From NCBI GenBank assembly GCA_964493715.1, contig CAZBPC010000011.1, positions 880 through 64,879 of the forward strand: a DNA stretch of 64,000 bases, read 5' to 3'. Made by a program: the position numbers and the translations under genes. The notes below the pieces were generated by a model. It worked only from the letters and a program-made list of their open reading frames with translations. It did no database searches and had not been told where the DNA came from. Shown piece after piece: positions 18,998-28,864 of this stretch; positions within the stretch are counted from its first letter, which is position 1; each line of letters opens with the position of its first letter. Source of the DNA: an uncultured archaeon (GTDB taxonomy: Archaea; Asgardarchaeota; Lokiarchaeia; Sigyniarchaeales; SOKP01).

Positions 18998-19716
18998 TCA
19001 CCTCCTTTAATGAATTTAATTCCATATTCTATGATATTTCTATCATATCGATCTAATGTTCTCTCTATCAATTTTTTAACATTTTCATTAAATGACTGTT
19101 TTGCTTCTATTATTGAAAGCCCTAACAATGTATGACAAATACTAATTAGAGCTCTTGGATGTCTTAAATGATATGAATCTTCAAAATTTCCACTAATTAA
19201 GAGATTTCCTTTTAAATTTTTTACCAAATGAATTATGCGGTATAATTCTCGAAAATTTTTTGATTGTTGAGCTTTATTTACTACCATCATTGATGCTAGT
19301 GAAATTTCAATGTATGAGTTATTTTGTTTTGACAAGGATATTACTCCAGTAGTTAATGTTTTCATGGTTTTAGGATCTGCAAATGATATTACATCAACTC
19401 TGGAGTCTTTAGCTGCTTGAATTTGAATTTCTTTAATTGGAGTCTCAATCGAAAGTATGGTTGGTAATTTATTATTTATATTTAACTTACTTTTTAAATC
19501 ATCAATATTTCTAGGTCGTAAAGATATCCGATAATAGAGATGCATCTTTGTCAAAGATTCAATTTTTTCCCTCAACTCAACCCCATTGTTTTTTAAATCT
19601 CCAACAGGTTCTACAATTACATTTTTTATTCCTAATTTTTCACAAATTGCAAATTTATTTTTAATTTCTTCAAAGTTTTCCAAATTTAATCTTAATCTTG
19701 ATTCAAAGTAAGGCAA
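18994..19716 (-). CDS. RNase P protein component 3 (Rpp30/Rnp3)
   Basis: AAKDSRVDVISF, a ...IEISL... segment, and LISGNFEDSYHLRHPRALISI..LLGLS..EAK match the Rpp30 TIM-barrel family pattern. Confidence 0.8.
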   Translation of the reverse strand: MPYFESRLRLNLENFEEIKNKFAICEKLGIKNVIVEPVGDLKNNGVELREKIESLTKMHLYYRISLRPRNIDDLKSKLNINNKLPTILSIETPIKEIQIQAAKDSRVDVISFADPKTMKTLTTGVISLSKQNNSYIEISLASMMVVNKAQQSKNFRELYRIIHLVKNLKGNLLISGNFEDSYHLRHPRALISICHTLLGLSIIEAKQSFNENVKKLIERTLDRYDRNIIEYGIKFIKGGE

Positions 19717-19831
19717 TCGTGAAGAACCTCTTAAAATCCAATAAATACTTATTAATTCTATAAGATTTGTAAGTGATGTTTTAATAAAAAAATTTTATTA
19801 TAACTTAATATTTTAAAAGGTATAGACTTTA

Positions 19832-21139
19832 ATGAAAGTAGTGGTCAATGGAGTGAAAAAAAGAACTTTATCAGAAATTATAAAGAAAATTGAGCGTGGC
19901 ACGAGTAACGTAATCACAGTTCAAGATTTTATTGAACGCATAGAAGATGGAGATGAAGTAAAGTTTGAAGATGTTGATGTAATAACAACTGCCACGAAAG
20001 GTTTAATGAGTGGAATAATGGGTGTTTTATCTTTTCGGATTACACCTCCTAAAGCATTAAGAAAGTTTACTGAAATTTCCATTAATGGGCTTCCTGCATT
20101 TCCAGGCCCTTGCCCAAATGAGTATTTAGGGATAGTTGATCTAATAATTTATGGAACTGCTCAAAGCCAGACTAAAAAAAATTATTGTGGAGGATCTCTT
20201 TTTAGGGATTTAGTAGAAGGAAAAGAAGTCTCAATAGTCGCAAAAAGTAGTGAAGGTCAAATAATAGAAAAAGAGATGCGACTAGAAGATATGCAGTTCG
20301 CTAAATTAATGGGTACGAGACAATCTATTAAAAATTATAATGCCATGATAAATTGTGAATCATATGAAGTTAACACTATTTTTTCTAGCCAACCTTTTAA
20401 ACCAAACAAATCAGAAATCACTTTTTCTGGATGTGGAGCACTAAATCCATTTCAAAATGATCCAGAATTTGAGTCACTTGGCGTAGGGTCCCCTTTATTG
20501 GTAAATGGAAGCAGAGGATACCTTATAGGTCCGGGAACGCGTAATTATATAGAAAAACCAAATATGATGACAATTGCTCCATTTTCAAATATGAAACCAG
20601 AATATATGGGTGCTTTCAAGACATCATATGGGCTAGAACCAATATGTAGTATTGCGGTTCCAATTCCCATTCTTAATGAGAGGATTTTGGGAAATATTGT
20701 TAGATCTGATAAAGATGTAAAATTGAATATATTGAGTTTAGTCGGTAGAGAGAAAGTAGCTCAAATTACTTATGGTGACGTATGGGAAAAAAATTATTTG
20801 ATGATTTTTGATTCGTCAGCCTGTAAGAGCTGCAAGGAATGTACTGTAGCAGAAACTTGTCCAACTGATGCATTCATAATGAAAAATGAAATAGTTACAG
20901 GAATTGATAGATCTAGATGTTTCAATTGTGGAACTTGTTCATTATTATGCCCTGATGCCTTTAAATTAAACCTCAAAACAATAAAATTTGAGCGAAAAGA
21001 GGTACCTATAGTCCTTAGACAATCTGACAGAAATGGAGCAATATTATTGGCAAAAGACTTAAAGAGAATGATTTTAAGTGAGGAATTTCCTTTAAAAAGT
21101 CCTACAGGTTCTTTAGATTTCGCAGATAGTGTAAAATAG
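19832..21139 (+). CDS. homocysteine biosynthesis protein (COG1900/DUF39-type) fused to a 2x[4Fe-4S] ferredoxin domain
   Basis: The N-terminal region (VITVQDF...DVDVITTATKGLMSG) resembles COG1900. The C-terminus carries CKSCKECTVAETCP and CFNCGTCSLLCP cluster motifs. Confidence 0.7.
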   Translation: MKVVVNGVKKRTLSEIIKKIERGTSNVITVQDFIERIEDGDEVKFEDVDVITTATKGLMSGIMGVLSFRITPPKALRKFTEISINGLPAFPGPCPNEYLGIVDLIIYGTAQSQTKKNYCGGSLFRDLVEGKEVSIVAKSSEGQIIEKEMRLEDMQFAKLMGTRQSIKNYNAMINCESYEVNTIFSSQPFKPNKSEITFSGCGALNPFQNDPEFESLGVGSPLLVNGSRGYLIGPGTRNYIEKPNMMTIAPFSNMKPEYMGAFKTSYGLEPICSIAVPIPILNERILGNIVRSDKDVKLNILSLVGREKVAQITYGDVWEKNYLMIFDSSACKSCKECTVAETCPTDAFIMKNEIVTGIDRSRCFNCGTCSLLCPDAFKLNLKTIKFERKEVPIVLRQSDRNGAILLAKDLKRMILSEEFPLKSPTGSLDFADSVK

Positions 21140-21155
21140 AAAAGGTGTCAAGAAA

Positions 21156-21599
21156 TTGAATGAATTAAAATTAGATAAATTTGATCAGATCGGGATTGTT
21201 GTAAAAGATATTGAAAAAGCGAAGTCATACTTTGGGGGTCTCTTAAATTTTCAGTCAGAATTAAAAATCGTTGAACAAAATTCAACAGTAATTTATAAGG
21301 GAAAAGAAATCGTATTTAAAATGAAAAAAATAATGCAAAATTTCGGGGGAAAGCAATTGGAAATAGTAGAGGTAGTAGAATCTAATGGGGATCATTTATA
21401 TTTAGATTATATTAAAGAAGGTAATGAAGGTTTGCATCATTTGGGGGTATATACTAAAAATGCTGAAGATCTCATATCAGAATTTAAAACTAAGTATAAT
21501 GTAGAAGTTGTTCAAACGGGAAAAGCTGGAAAAGTTAATTTCTATTATTTAGATACCAGAAAACTAATTGGATTTTACTTAGAATTGATTTCTTTTTAA
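21156..21599 (+). CDS. VOC/glyoxalase-family protein (methylmalonyl-CoA epimerase-like)
   Basis: FDQIGIVVKDIEKAKSYF and GLHHLGVYT motifs. TTG start preceded by aaaggtg. Confidence 0.7.
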   Translation: MNELKLDKFDQIGIVVKDIEKAKSYFGGLLNFQSELKIVEQNSTVIYKGKEIVFKMKKIMQNFGGKQLEIVEVVESNGDHLYLDYIKEGNEGLHHLGVYTKNAEDLISEFKTKYNVEVVQTGKAGKVNFYYLDTRKLIGFYLELISF

Positions 21600-21667
21600 A
21601 ATTTACCCTTCTCATTCTATATCTGATTTTAAGAAACTTTAATTTTTAATTTTAATAAGATGCATAT

Positions 21668-23410
21668 ATGTCTAAACAAGTATCGAATGGTGGAGATTTA
21701 TTAGTTAAATGTCTCCTAAATGAAGGAATTACCAAGATGTTTGGAATAATTGGTGGAGAACTAACTAGAATTTATGATGCCGTTGAAAGGTTTGGTCGTG
21801 AAGAGGGTATCGATACTGTAATGGTACGCCATGAGCAAGCAGGAGGTCACATGGCGGATGGGTGGGCACGAGCCACGGGAGAGCTAGGAGTTTGTCTCGG
21901 TACAGCTGGGCCGGGTGTAACTCATCTTGTTCCTGCTGTCGCTGTAGCTCAAGCAGATTCCATCCCGTTGTTAGTAATTGGAGCTCAAATCGCAAGAATG
22001 TTTGATAATACCGGAATTTTACAGGGTGGTTTAAATCAAATGGAATTAATGAAACCAATCACCAAACTAGCCATCTCAGTAGAAGAACCATACGAGATTC
22101 CTTTTGCTGTACAGAGATGCGTTAAAGCTGCTTTATCCGGGAGAAGGGGTCCTGTCTTTCTTGAATTAAGAGAAACAGCATTAGTGAGGGAAGCTTCTGA
22201 GAAAGATTTTAAAAAAATTATTCCTCCTGAAAAATATCGCCCTTTTTATCGACCAAGTGGAAATCCTGAAGTGATAAAAGAAGCTGTTGAGCTCTTAAAA
22301 ACAGCCGAAAAACCCATCATTATTTCAGGAGGAGGGACAATTGCTTCCGAAGCATCAAATGAATTAAAAAAATTATCAAGAACATACAAAATCCCTGCAT
22401 TAACAACCGTTAATGGATTAGGAGCAATTTCTATTGATGAGAAGACTTATGCAGGTTCATATCCCTTATCAAGCACATTCCGAAGAGCTGCATCTGAAGC
22501 AGATGTGGTTCTCTCGCTAGGTTGTCGCTGGGATTATACAACATTATATGGTATGGGCCCTTTATGGAATCAAGACCAAAAAATCATTCAAGTAGATATC
22601 GATCCTAATGAAATTGGGAAAAATCGACCGTCAGAAATCGCTATCATAGGAGACATTAAAGCTGTAATAAATCAGTTGCTGAATGATATGGAAAAAAATC
22701 TACCAAAAGATATGATCGCTAAATGGTCTCAATGGAACGATTATCTTCAAGAAGCTCGTGGAATTGATAAAGCTATAATTGATAAAATCTTGGATTCTGA
22801 TAAAATACCAATGAAACCAGAACGAATGCTTATTGAAATATTAGATTTTGTTCCTCCTGATACACTTATATCTGTAGATGGAGGAGATATAGCGATATTT
22901 ACATTTGGATTAATATCTAATTTTCATAGAAATCCAAGGAGTACGTATTGCTCGATAGGAATGGGGCATCTAGGTGTCGGTTCAAGTTATGCTATCGCTG
23001 CGAAGCTTGCTAAAAAAGATAAGCCCGTAGTATGCATTAACGGGGACGGTTCATTTATGTTTAACGTCCAAGAACTTGAAACAGCAGTCAGATTAAACTT
23101 GCCAATCATTATCTGCATAGCAAATAACTGTGCTTGGGGAATGTTAAAAACTTATCAAAAAAATAGCATGAAACGAAGATATTGTGATGTTGATCTTCCA
23201 TTTATCGACTACTCACAGATTGCTAAGGCATTTGGATGTTATGGAGAAAAAATAGAGAGACCTGAAGATATAAAGCCAGCATTAAAGCGAGCATTTGACT
23301 CAGGAAAGCCAAGCGTTCTTGATATTTCAATTGCTTTTGAATCACCACCTGCAGGAAAGTTTTTAGGGACTTATAAACAAAGCAAGGGTCTCTTTGGAGC
23401 GGGATATTAA
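21668..23410 (+). CDS. thiamine-diphosphate-dependent enzyme, acetolactate synthase large-subunit-like
   Basis: N-terminal PYR domain (HEQAGGHMADGWAR, GPGVTHL) and TPP-binding motif GDGSFMFNVQELETAVRLNLP...NN. Confidence 0.85.
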   Translation: MSKQVSNGGDLLVKCLLNEGITKMFGIIGGELTRIYDAVERFGREEGIDTVMVRHEQAGGHMADGWARATGELGVCLGTAGPGVTHLVPAVAVAQADSIPLLVIGAQIARMFDNTGILQGGLNQMELMKPITKLAISVEEPYEIPFAVQRCVKAALSGRRGPVFLELRETALVREASEKDFKKIIPPEKYRPFYRPSGNPEVIKEAVELLKTAEKPIIISGGGTIASEASNELKKLSRTYKIPALTTVNGLGAISIDEKTYAGSYPLSSTFRRAASEADVVLSLGCRWDYTTLYGMGPLWNQDQKIIQVDIDPNEIGKNRPSEIAIIGDIKAVINQLLNDMEKNLPKDMIAKWSQWNDYLQEARGIDKAIIDKILDSDKIPMKPERMLIEILDFVPPDTLISVDGGDIAIFTFGLISNFHRNPRSTYCSIGMGHLGVGSSYAIAAKLAKKDKPVVCINGDGSFMFNVQELETAVRLNLPIIICIANNCAWGMLKTYQKNSMKRRYCDVDLPFIDYSQIAKAFGCYGEKIERPEDIKPALKRAFDSGKPSVLDISIAFESPPAGKFLGTYKQSKGLFGAGY

Positions 23411-23454
23411 CTTTAAAAATATTTAAAACATTTATAGTTAGATGTGAATATAGA

Positions 23455-24258
23455 ATGGAAAATAAAAGATTTTTAGAAGGAAAAGTTGCACTTATAACTG
23501 GTGCGGGTAGTGGATTTGGGCAAAAAATGGCCATTACTTTCGCATCTAAAGGGGCAGATTTGGTTTTAAACGATATAAATATGGATGGGCTTAAAGAAAC
23601 AAGAGATTTAGTTTTAAAATCTAATAAATCTAAAATTCTTCTAATTAAAGCTGATGTTTCAGATTCAAAGCAAGTTGATGATATGGCTAAAGAAACGTTC
23701 GAAACTTTTGACAACGTGTATTTATTGATTAACAATGCCGGGATTGACGGAGGACTTTATACAGCATTAAAAGCTAAAGAAGATGTCTACGATAAGGTTT
23801 TTGGTGTTAATGTTAAAGGTCCTTTAAATGTAACTAGAGCTTTTTTTAGGAGAATGAAACGCCAGAAGCAATTCAAACCTGTTCGAGGGAAAATCATAAA
23901 CATCGCATCCACAGCAGGTACCCAGAATGGTCACAATCCCATGCTCGGAATTTATAGTGCTAGCAAGGCAGCTCTTATTGCGTTCACGAGAATCTGGGCC
24001 CTTGAGCTTGGTTCGAGCAATATCACAGTAAATTCAATATCGCCAGGAGTCTTTTTAACACCGATCTATAACAATGATCCAAAACTTATTCGACAATTTC
24101 TTGAATCTCGCAATGTAAAGCTTCCAATAGATAAAATTGGTGAATCTCAATGGGTTGCTGATTTAGCGCTATTCTTAGCATCATCTACAGCGGATTATAT
24201 TACTGGTCAGAATCTGATTATCGATGGTGGCCTTACTTTAAGCGTTAACAAACTATAA
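23455..24258 (+). CDS. short-chain dehydrogenase/reductase (FabG-like)
   Basis: TGAGSGFG cofactor motif, NNAG, and catalytic YSASKAAL. Confidence 0.9.
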   Translation: MENKRFLEGKVALITGAGSGFGQKMAITFASKGADLVLNDINMDGLKETRDLVLKSNKSKILLIKADVSDSKQVDDMAKETFETFDNVYLLINNAGIDGGLYTALKAKEDVYDKVFGVNVKGPLNVTRAFFRRMKRQKQFKPVRGKIINIASTAGTQNGHNPMLGIYSASKAALIAFTRIWALELGSSNITVNSISPGVFLTPIYNNDPKLIRQFLESRNVKLPIDKIGESQWVADLALFLASSTADYITGQNLIIDGGLTLSVNKL

Positions 24259-24312
24259 GCATAGATTAAATAATTTGTAAAAAGTTTTTAAAAATTAGGA
24301 TTTTATAATATT

Positions 24313-24897
24313 TTATTTCCCACGACCTTTATTTGCTCCTATGCTAGGTCGTGTTTTTTCAGAACCCCATCCTTTCTTATGCAAACCACGAGCTCTTTTT
24401 CCGGCTGAAGTTAAACCCCTAGTGACCCTCTTATGATGTGGTGCTTCACAGATCCAATTAATTTTTGGATCAGATTTTATTACGGGATGATTGGGGTCTA
24501 CGAGGATTACTTCATAATACCAACTCCTACCATCAGCATAAATTTTATAACTGTTTAGCACTTCCATATTAGGATATTTTCTTTGAACTCGTTCTTCAGC
24601 CACCCACTGCAAGTTCTTTCCAGGTGTGTATTTGGAAACACCCATAGCTCGAGGCTTTCTTCCACGCTTTGGGCGTACTTTATGAGCCCCACCTTTTCTG
24701 ATGCGTGATCTTACTATAACATAACCTTGTTTAGCTTTATATCCTAAAGTTCGGGCTCGATATAGTTTTGTAGGTTTATCGACGCGTTGTATTGATTTAC
24801 CTTTTCTATATTCGATTCCTCTTTCCCAATGAGGGGTTTGATATCCTGTTTCATGAGTCTCAAAGGTTTCTTTTACATAACTATATCCAGACTTCAT
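24313..24897 (-). CDS. rpl15e: 50S ribosomal protein L15e
   Basis: YKAKQGYVIVRSRIRKGG and the basic C-terminus. I place the start at the second Met (MKSGYSYVKE, 194 aa, the usual L15e length) rather than at 24960 as in the ORF track. Confidence 0.9.
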   Translation of the reverse strand: MKSGYSYVKETFETHETGYQTPHWERGIEYRKGKSIQRVDKPTKLYRARTLGYKAKQGYVIVRSRIRKGGAHKVRPKRGRKPRAMGVSKYTPGKNLQWVAEERVQRKYPNMEVLNSYKIYADGRSWYYEVILVDPNHPVIKSDPKINWICEAPHHKRVTRGLTSAGKRARGLHKKGWGSEKTRPSIGANKGRGK

Positions 24898-25072
24898 TTT
24901 ATTGCTACTTCCATAATATAATAAATGTTGAAGTCGTGTAAAATTAATTAATTTTTTCATTTTAGAATTATTTTTTTTACTTTAAATTACATCATTTTAG
25001 TTCTTCAAGATTTAATTTATATACAAACCAAAATTAATTTAATTAAGAATAAAATTTGCTAATGTTTAACTA

Positions 25073-25522
25073 ATGGACCATAAAGAAACCAAAGAAAAAG
25101 AAAAATTCATAGAACTACAAGTTACTGAAAACGATAAAGTAAAGATATTGTATGATAAGACAGAATTGAAAGAATACTTTCCTAATTTAACTTCTGAAAT
25201 AAATCAAGGAAAGAAATCTATGAAGATCTCATCGATTGAAGAAGATAAAGATGAATCGGAGAATATTGAAATAAAGTATGAAGAAAGTCTCTCAAATCCA
25301 GGAGTTATAGATTTTCTACGAAGATGTTCAACCTCTGATGAAGCCATAGAAATTTTAGAATATTTGAATGTAAGAAAAGAACTAACTGAAGATTTATTCA
25401 TTCTATTAAAAGAAAGAGTTTCTGAAGATGAGGGATTGAAAAAATTGATTGATGAATGTGGTGGTCCAAAAAAGAAAGGGTATTATATTGACAAATTTTA
25501 TAATAGGAGTGATACAATTTAG
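25073..25522 (+). CDS. acidic hypothetical protein
   Basis: ORF with ordinary coding composition and a conserved-looking C-terminus (GVIDFLRRC...GGPKKKGYY). Family not confidently recognised. Confidence 0.5.
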   Translation: MDHKETKEKEKFIELQVTENDKVKILYDKTELKEYFPNLTSEINQGKKSMKISSIEEDKDESENIEIKYEESLSNPGVIDFLRRCSTSDEAIEILEYLNVRKELTEDLFILLKERVSEDEGLKKLIDECGGPKKKGYYIDKFYNRSDTI

Positions 25523-25538
25523 ACTTAAATTTAGATTA

Positions 25539-25600
25539 ATGATGATCTTATGACAATTAGAGCTATTGCTCATAGCGATGATTCTGTCGCCCCAATCTGA
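25539..25600 (+). ncRNA. candidate C/D box sRNA (coordinates run from C box to D box; true ends lie a few nt outside)
   Basis: C box ATGATGA (25539-25545), then a 12-nt spacer, then a degenerate D' TAGA. An internal 5-bp hairpin GCTAT/ATAGC follows, then C'-like GCGATGA, then a spacer, then D box CTGA (25597-25600). AT-rich complementary flanks. Lies between convergent genes. Confidence 0.55.
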
Positions 25601-25614
25601 AATTTAAATTTAGT

Positions 25615-27045
25615 TTATGTTTTTTTTTCTAAACTTTTAATGAAATTAATACCATAATGAGTTATCACATAACCAGAAGAATCCTTTTTTACAAGGTTAA
25701 AATCAATTAGCACGGGAAGTCTCCCTTTTATGCATTCAATGGGAACACCAGATATTATCTCAATAGTTTCAAAATTACTTGCTCCTTTTTCGACTGCAAG
25801 TAGAATATCTATTCCCATATTTCCTAAAAGATATTTCAAATGATCAAAAGAATTCTTTTCATCAACAGCATTTACTTGCTTTGGTTCATACTTTTCTGCT
25901 ACAACTGGTTTTGATTCCTTGGGTAAAAGCTTTCTTAAGTATTCTGGAAACGCTGTTGTAATTTGAATATTTGTCTTTAATGCGGTATACCTTTCATTTT
26001 TATATTTTATTTCTTCTATAACGTCGTGCTTTTTTAAAAAATTCAAGGATGCGGTTAAATATTCTAAAGTCCGTTTTGATACTAATCGTGGCAATTTGTC
26101 TTTAGGTATTAACCCATTTCTTAACTCTGATAACACGTTGTATTTTTTCGAATCGGACACAATTTGAAATAAAATGAACGAATCCTCTTCCAATTCGTCT
26201 TTCAGCTTATTTTCATAATTACTGAAATACTCTTGGACTTTAGGTAACAAAATATCAATAATATCGCTCTCTAGGTCTTCAGGAGATTCTTCTAAATATT
26301 CAATGACGCTGTCTGGAGGTATTCTTTCAGCATTTACTTCTTTTAATAAAAGAACATACTTTTCTACAAATCCAATTTGATTTATAAAAATTAATTGTCT
26401 ATCTTTCAGAAGATCAATTACTTGGTCAAAATTTAACTTCGAAAACTGCCCGTTAAACCATTCATTCAATTCTTCAAGAGAAATAGGACCTTTTGATAAT
26501 TTCTTTAGTGTTAAGAAGATATGCTTTTTATTTAACAAAGTAGCAATCTTCTCTTCTTCACTTTTCTCTCTAGTATCTTCGATAGTTGCCCAGTATAGTT
26601 CCTTTACCCATAGTTTAACAAGAGAATTATTTTTATATATTATCTCTCTTTCTTGTTCTTCCATGTTATTAATATCATTGATGTAAAACGCGGTGTATAT
26701 CTCTTCATTTGATTGGAGTTTTTCAGAGAATTCAGATAATAAATTTATAACATTTTGTTCTATTTCAGGTGTTAATTGATGGTAAAAAATAGTCGAAACC
26801 ATCAACATTTCTTTATTTCCCCTCGCCCAATCAGAATGGACTTCAAAGTAGTAATTCATGGAGTTTTTATTTTCAAATGAATGAGTAAAAAAGCCTTCAC
26901 TAACCGTTTGATCCATTATATTTGCGATTCGAGTTGACAATTGTTCATCTAATTCATTTTCTGGATACGAATAGAACACTAGCGGCCCTATTTTTCGATG
27001 AAAGTATGATAAAGCTACAATCGTCTTCAAGGATGATATCTCCAA
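25615..27045 (-). CDS. hypothetical protein: possible longin-like N-terminal domain plus three winged-helix-like modules
   Basis: The N-terminus IVALSYFHRKIGPLVFYSYPE resembles the start of AVL9/DENN/folliculin-type longin domains. Three segments further along resemble wHTH domains, for example GASNFETIEIISGVPIECIKGRLPVLIDFNLVKKDSSGYVIT. Confidence 0.6.
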   Translation of the reverse strand: MEISSLKTIVALSYFHRKIGPLVFYSYPENELDEQLSTRIANIMDQTVSEGFFTHSFENKNSMNYYFEVHSDWARGNKEMLMVSTIFYHQLTPEIEQNVINLLSEFSEKLQSNEEIYTAFYINDINNMEEQEREIIYKNNSLVKLWVKELYWATIEDTREKSEEEKIATLLNKKHIFLTLKKLSKGPISLEELNEWFNGQFSKLNFDQVIDLLKDRQLIFINQIGFVEKYVLLLKEVNAERIPPDSVIEYLEESPEDLESDIIDILLPKVQEYFSNYENKLKDELEEDSFILFQIVSDSKKYNVLSELRNGLIPKDKLPRLVSKRTLEYLTASLNFLKKHDVIEEIKYKNERYTALKTNIQITTAFPEYLRKLLPKESKPVVAEKYEPKQVNAVDEKNSFDHLKYLLGNMGIDILLAVEKGASNFETIEIISGVPIECIKGRLPVLIDFNLVKKDSSGYVITHYGINFIKSLEKKT

Positions 27046-27192
27046 GTAATATTCTAAATAAGGGAGTATGTGATTTTTTGAGGGTTACAATGTAAAATTA
27101 CATTAAAAATTATATATAGTAAAAGATAAATAAATTTAACTTAACAAGTCTTCTATCTTGTGTAAAGGGTTAATTAAATTATTGAAAAAATT

Positions 27193-27939
27193 ATGACTTC
27201 TATAAAATTAATTGGATTTGACCTTGATGATTGCCTTTTTGATTCAACAGGTTTGTCAGAACGTGCTAGAATTATGGGAATAGATGCGATGATTGATTTG
27301 GGATTAGACATAGATAGGGATGTAGCTATTACCCTCATCCACGAAATTGTAAATGAATATGGCTCAAATTCATCACAACATTATAATTATTTTATTAGAA
27401 GGCTAAATGAGCTGGAAATTCTTTCAATATCATTAAATAAACAGTTTATGTACATCGCTGCGGCAGTTATGGCATATCACAAAGAAAAGATAAATTCAAT
27501 TTCTCTTTATAGTGATGTGGAACCATGTTTAAAAGAATTAAGAAAAAGGAGAATTAAATCTGTAATAATTAGTGATGGAATACCGATCAAACAATATGAA
27601 AAGATATTAAGATTAAAAATTGACAAACTTGTGGATTCAATTGTTATTTCAGATGAAATTGGAATAAGAAAACCAAACCCCAAACTTTTCTCGTATTATT
27701 TAAAAAAATTTAATGTAAAGGGTGCTGAAACAATTTATGTTGGTGATAATATATATAAGGATATTGCTCCTGCAAAAGAAAATAATATCCATAGTGTTTT
27801 CATTCATCGTGGGGGAAAGCATGATACTATTTATACCGAACTCAAAACAACGGATTATTTACAACCAGATTATGAAATTTATAACCTAAATGAAATTTTT
27901 CCTATAATAGAAGAAATTAATAAAGAATCATTCAAATAA
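27193..27939 (+). CDS. HAD-superfamily hydrolase
   Basis: Motif I FDLDDCLF, motif II VIISDG, motif III/IV K...YVGDN.YKDI. Confidence 0.8.
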   Translation: MTSIKLIGFDLDDCLFDSTGLSERARIMGIDAMIDLGLDIDRDVAITLIHEIVNEYGSNSSQHYNYFIRRLNELEILSISLNKQFMYIAAAVMAYHKEKINSISLYSDVEPCLKELRKRRIKSVIISDGIPIKQYEKILRLKIDKLVDSIVISDEIGIRKPNPKLFSYYLKKFNVKGAETIYVGDNIYKDIAPAKENNIHSVFIHRGGKHDTIYTELKTTDYLQPDYEIYNLNEIFPIIEEINKESFK

Positions 27940-27942
27940 AAA

Positions 27943-28761
27943 ATGTTGAAAATTAGTTGTCTCCAACCCGAAATTATGCGAAATCGAACCGAGTGTTATA
28001 AAGAAATCGAAGACATATTGAAAATAATAATGCAAAATCATAATGATTGTGATATAATCTGTTTACCCGAGAGATGGTTACCTTTTTCTAAAAACTTTTC
28101 GAAAACTATACAAACAGAAAGAGGAGATGATTATCTTTTCACAAAAAATTTAGCCAAAGATTACAATGTAAATATAATTGCTGGAGCTATATGGGAAAAA
28201 AGAAAAAAGTTACATAAACCTTTCATTACTAGTTATTATTTTAATAATCAAGGTGAAGAGATTGGAAGACAAGATAAAATTCACTTATATGCTTATGAGA
28301 GAGAAATATTCGATTCTGGTAATGAGTTAATAATTTTTCATAAGAATAAATTTTCTTTTGCTATTTTGATTTGCTTTGATATAGCATTTTTTGAAACTCC
28401 CCGATTAGCAGCTGAAAATGGAGCACAAATTCTTTTTTCTCCTACTCAAATCAGAGAGGAGGGAATGAACAATTGGGAGATATACTTAAAAGCTAGAGCT
28501 TTGGAAAATCGAATTCCAATTGTTGCGTGTAATACACTTGGGACACTGTTTAAGCGTAAGTTTTTGGGTAAGAGTAAAATTATATCTTTTAAGGAGGGTT
28601 TCATCAGTCCATCTCAGCTCAAAGTTATCGAAGGACTAAATGGTTCTAGTGGGTATGTCTATGATGAATTAGATTTAAAATTTTCAGATAAACTTAGAAA
28701 ATTAAGATTAAATGAAGTAATAAATAAGAATAGGATTAAAGTCAGTCTTTTATCTTACTAA
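27943..28761 (+). CDS. carbon-nitrogen hydrolase (nitrilase superfamily)
   Basis: The catalytic triad context is present: ICLPERW (Glu), a Lys region, and AILICFD (Cys). Confidence 0.8.
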   Translation: MLKISCLQPEIMRNRTECYKEIEDILKIIMQNHNDCDIICLPERWLPFSKNFSKTIQTERGDDYLFTKNLAKDYNVNIIAGAIWEKRKKLHKPFITSYYFNNQGEEIGRQDKIHLYAYEREIFDSGNELIIFHKNKFSFAILICFDIAFFETPRLAAENGAQILFSPTQIREEGMNNWEIYLKARALENRIPIVACNTLGTLFKRKFLGKSKIISFKEGFISPSQLKVIEGLNGSSGYVYDELDLKFSDKLRKLRLNEVINKNRIKVSLLSY

Positions 28762-28864
28762 TTTTTTATATTTCATTTTTACTTCCAATGAACCCACTCA
28801 GTCTGCATGGGGGTTTAAATACCTTGATCCAAATTAAATATAAATTAAAAAAAATTGAACAAAA

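Noticed and set aside
23223-23735. A 170-aa antisense ORF spanning the end of the TPP enzyme gene and the start of the SDR gene.
   Set aside because: It overlaps two well-supported genes on the opposite strand and has no recognisable features.
28781-28830. A G+C-richer patch with an AACCC...GGGTT hairpin, considered as a small structured RNA.
   Set aside because: The stem is only 5 bp. The patch coincides with the start of the 26-codon uORF reported above. No C/D or H/ACA boxes are present.
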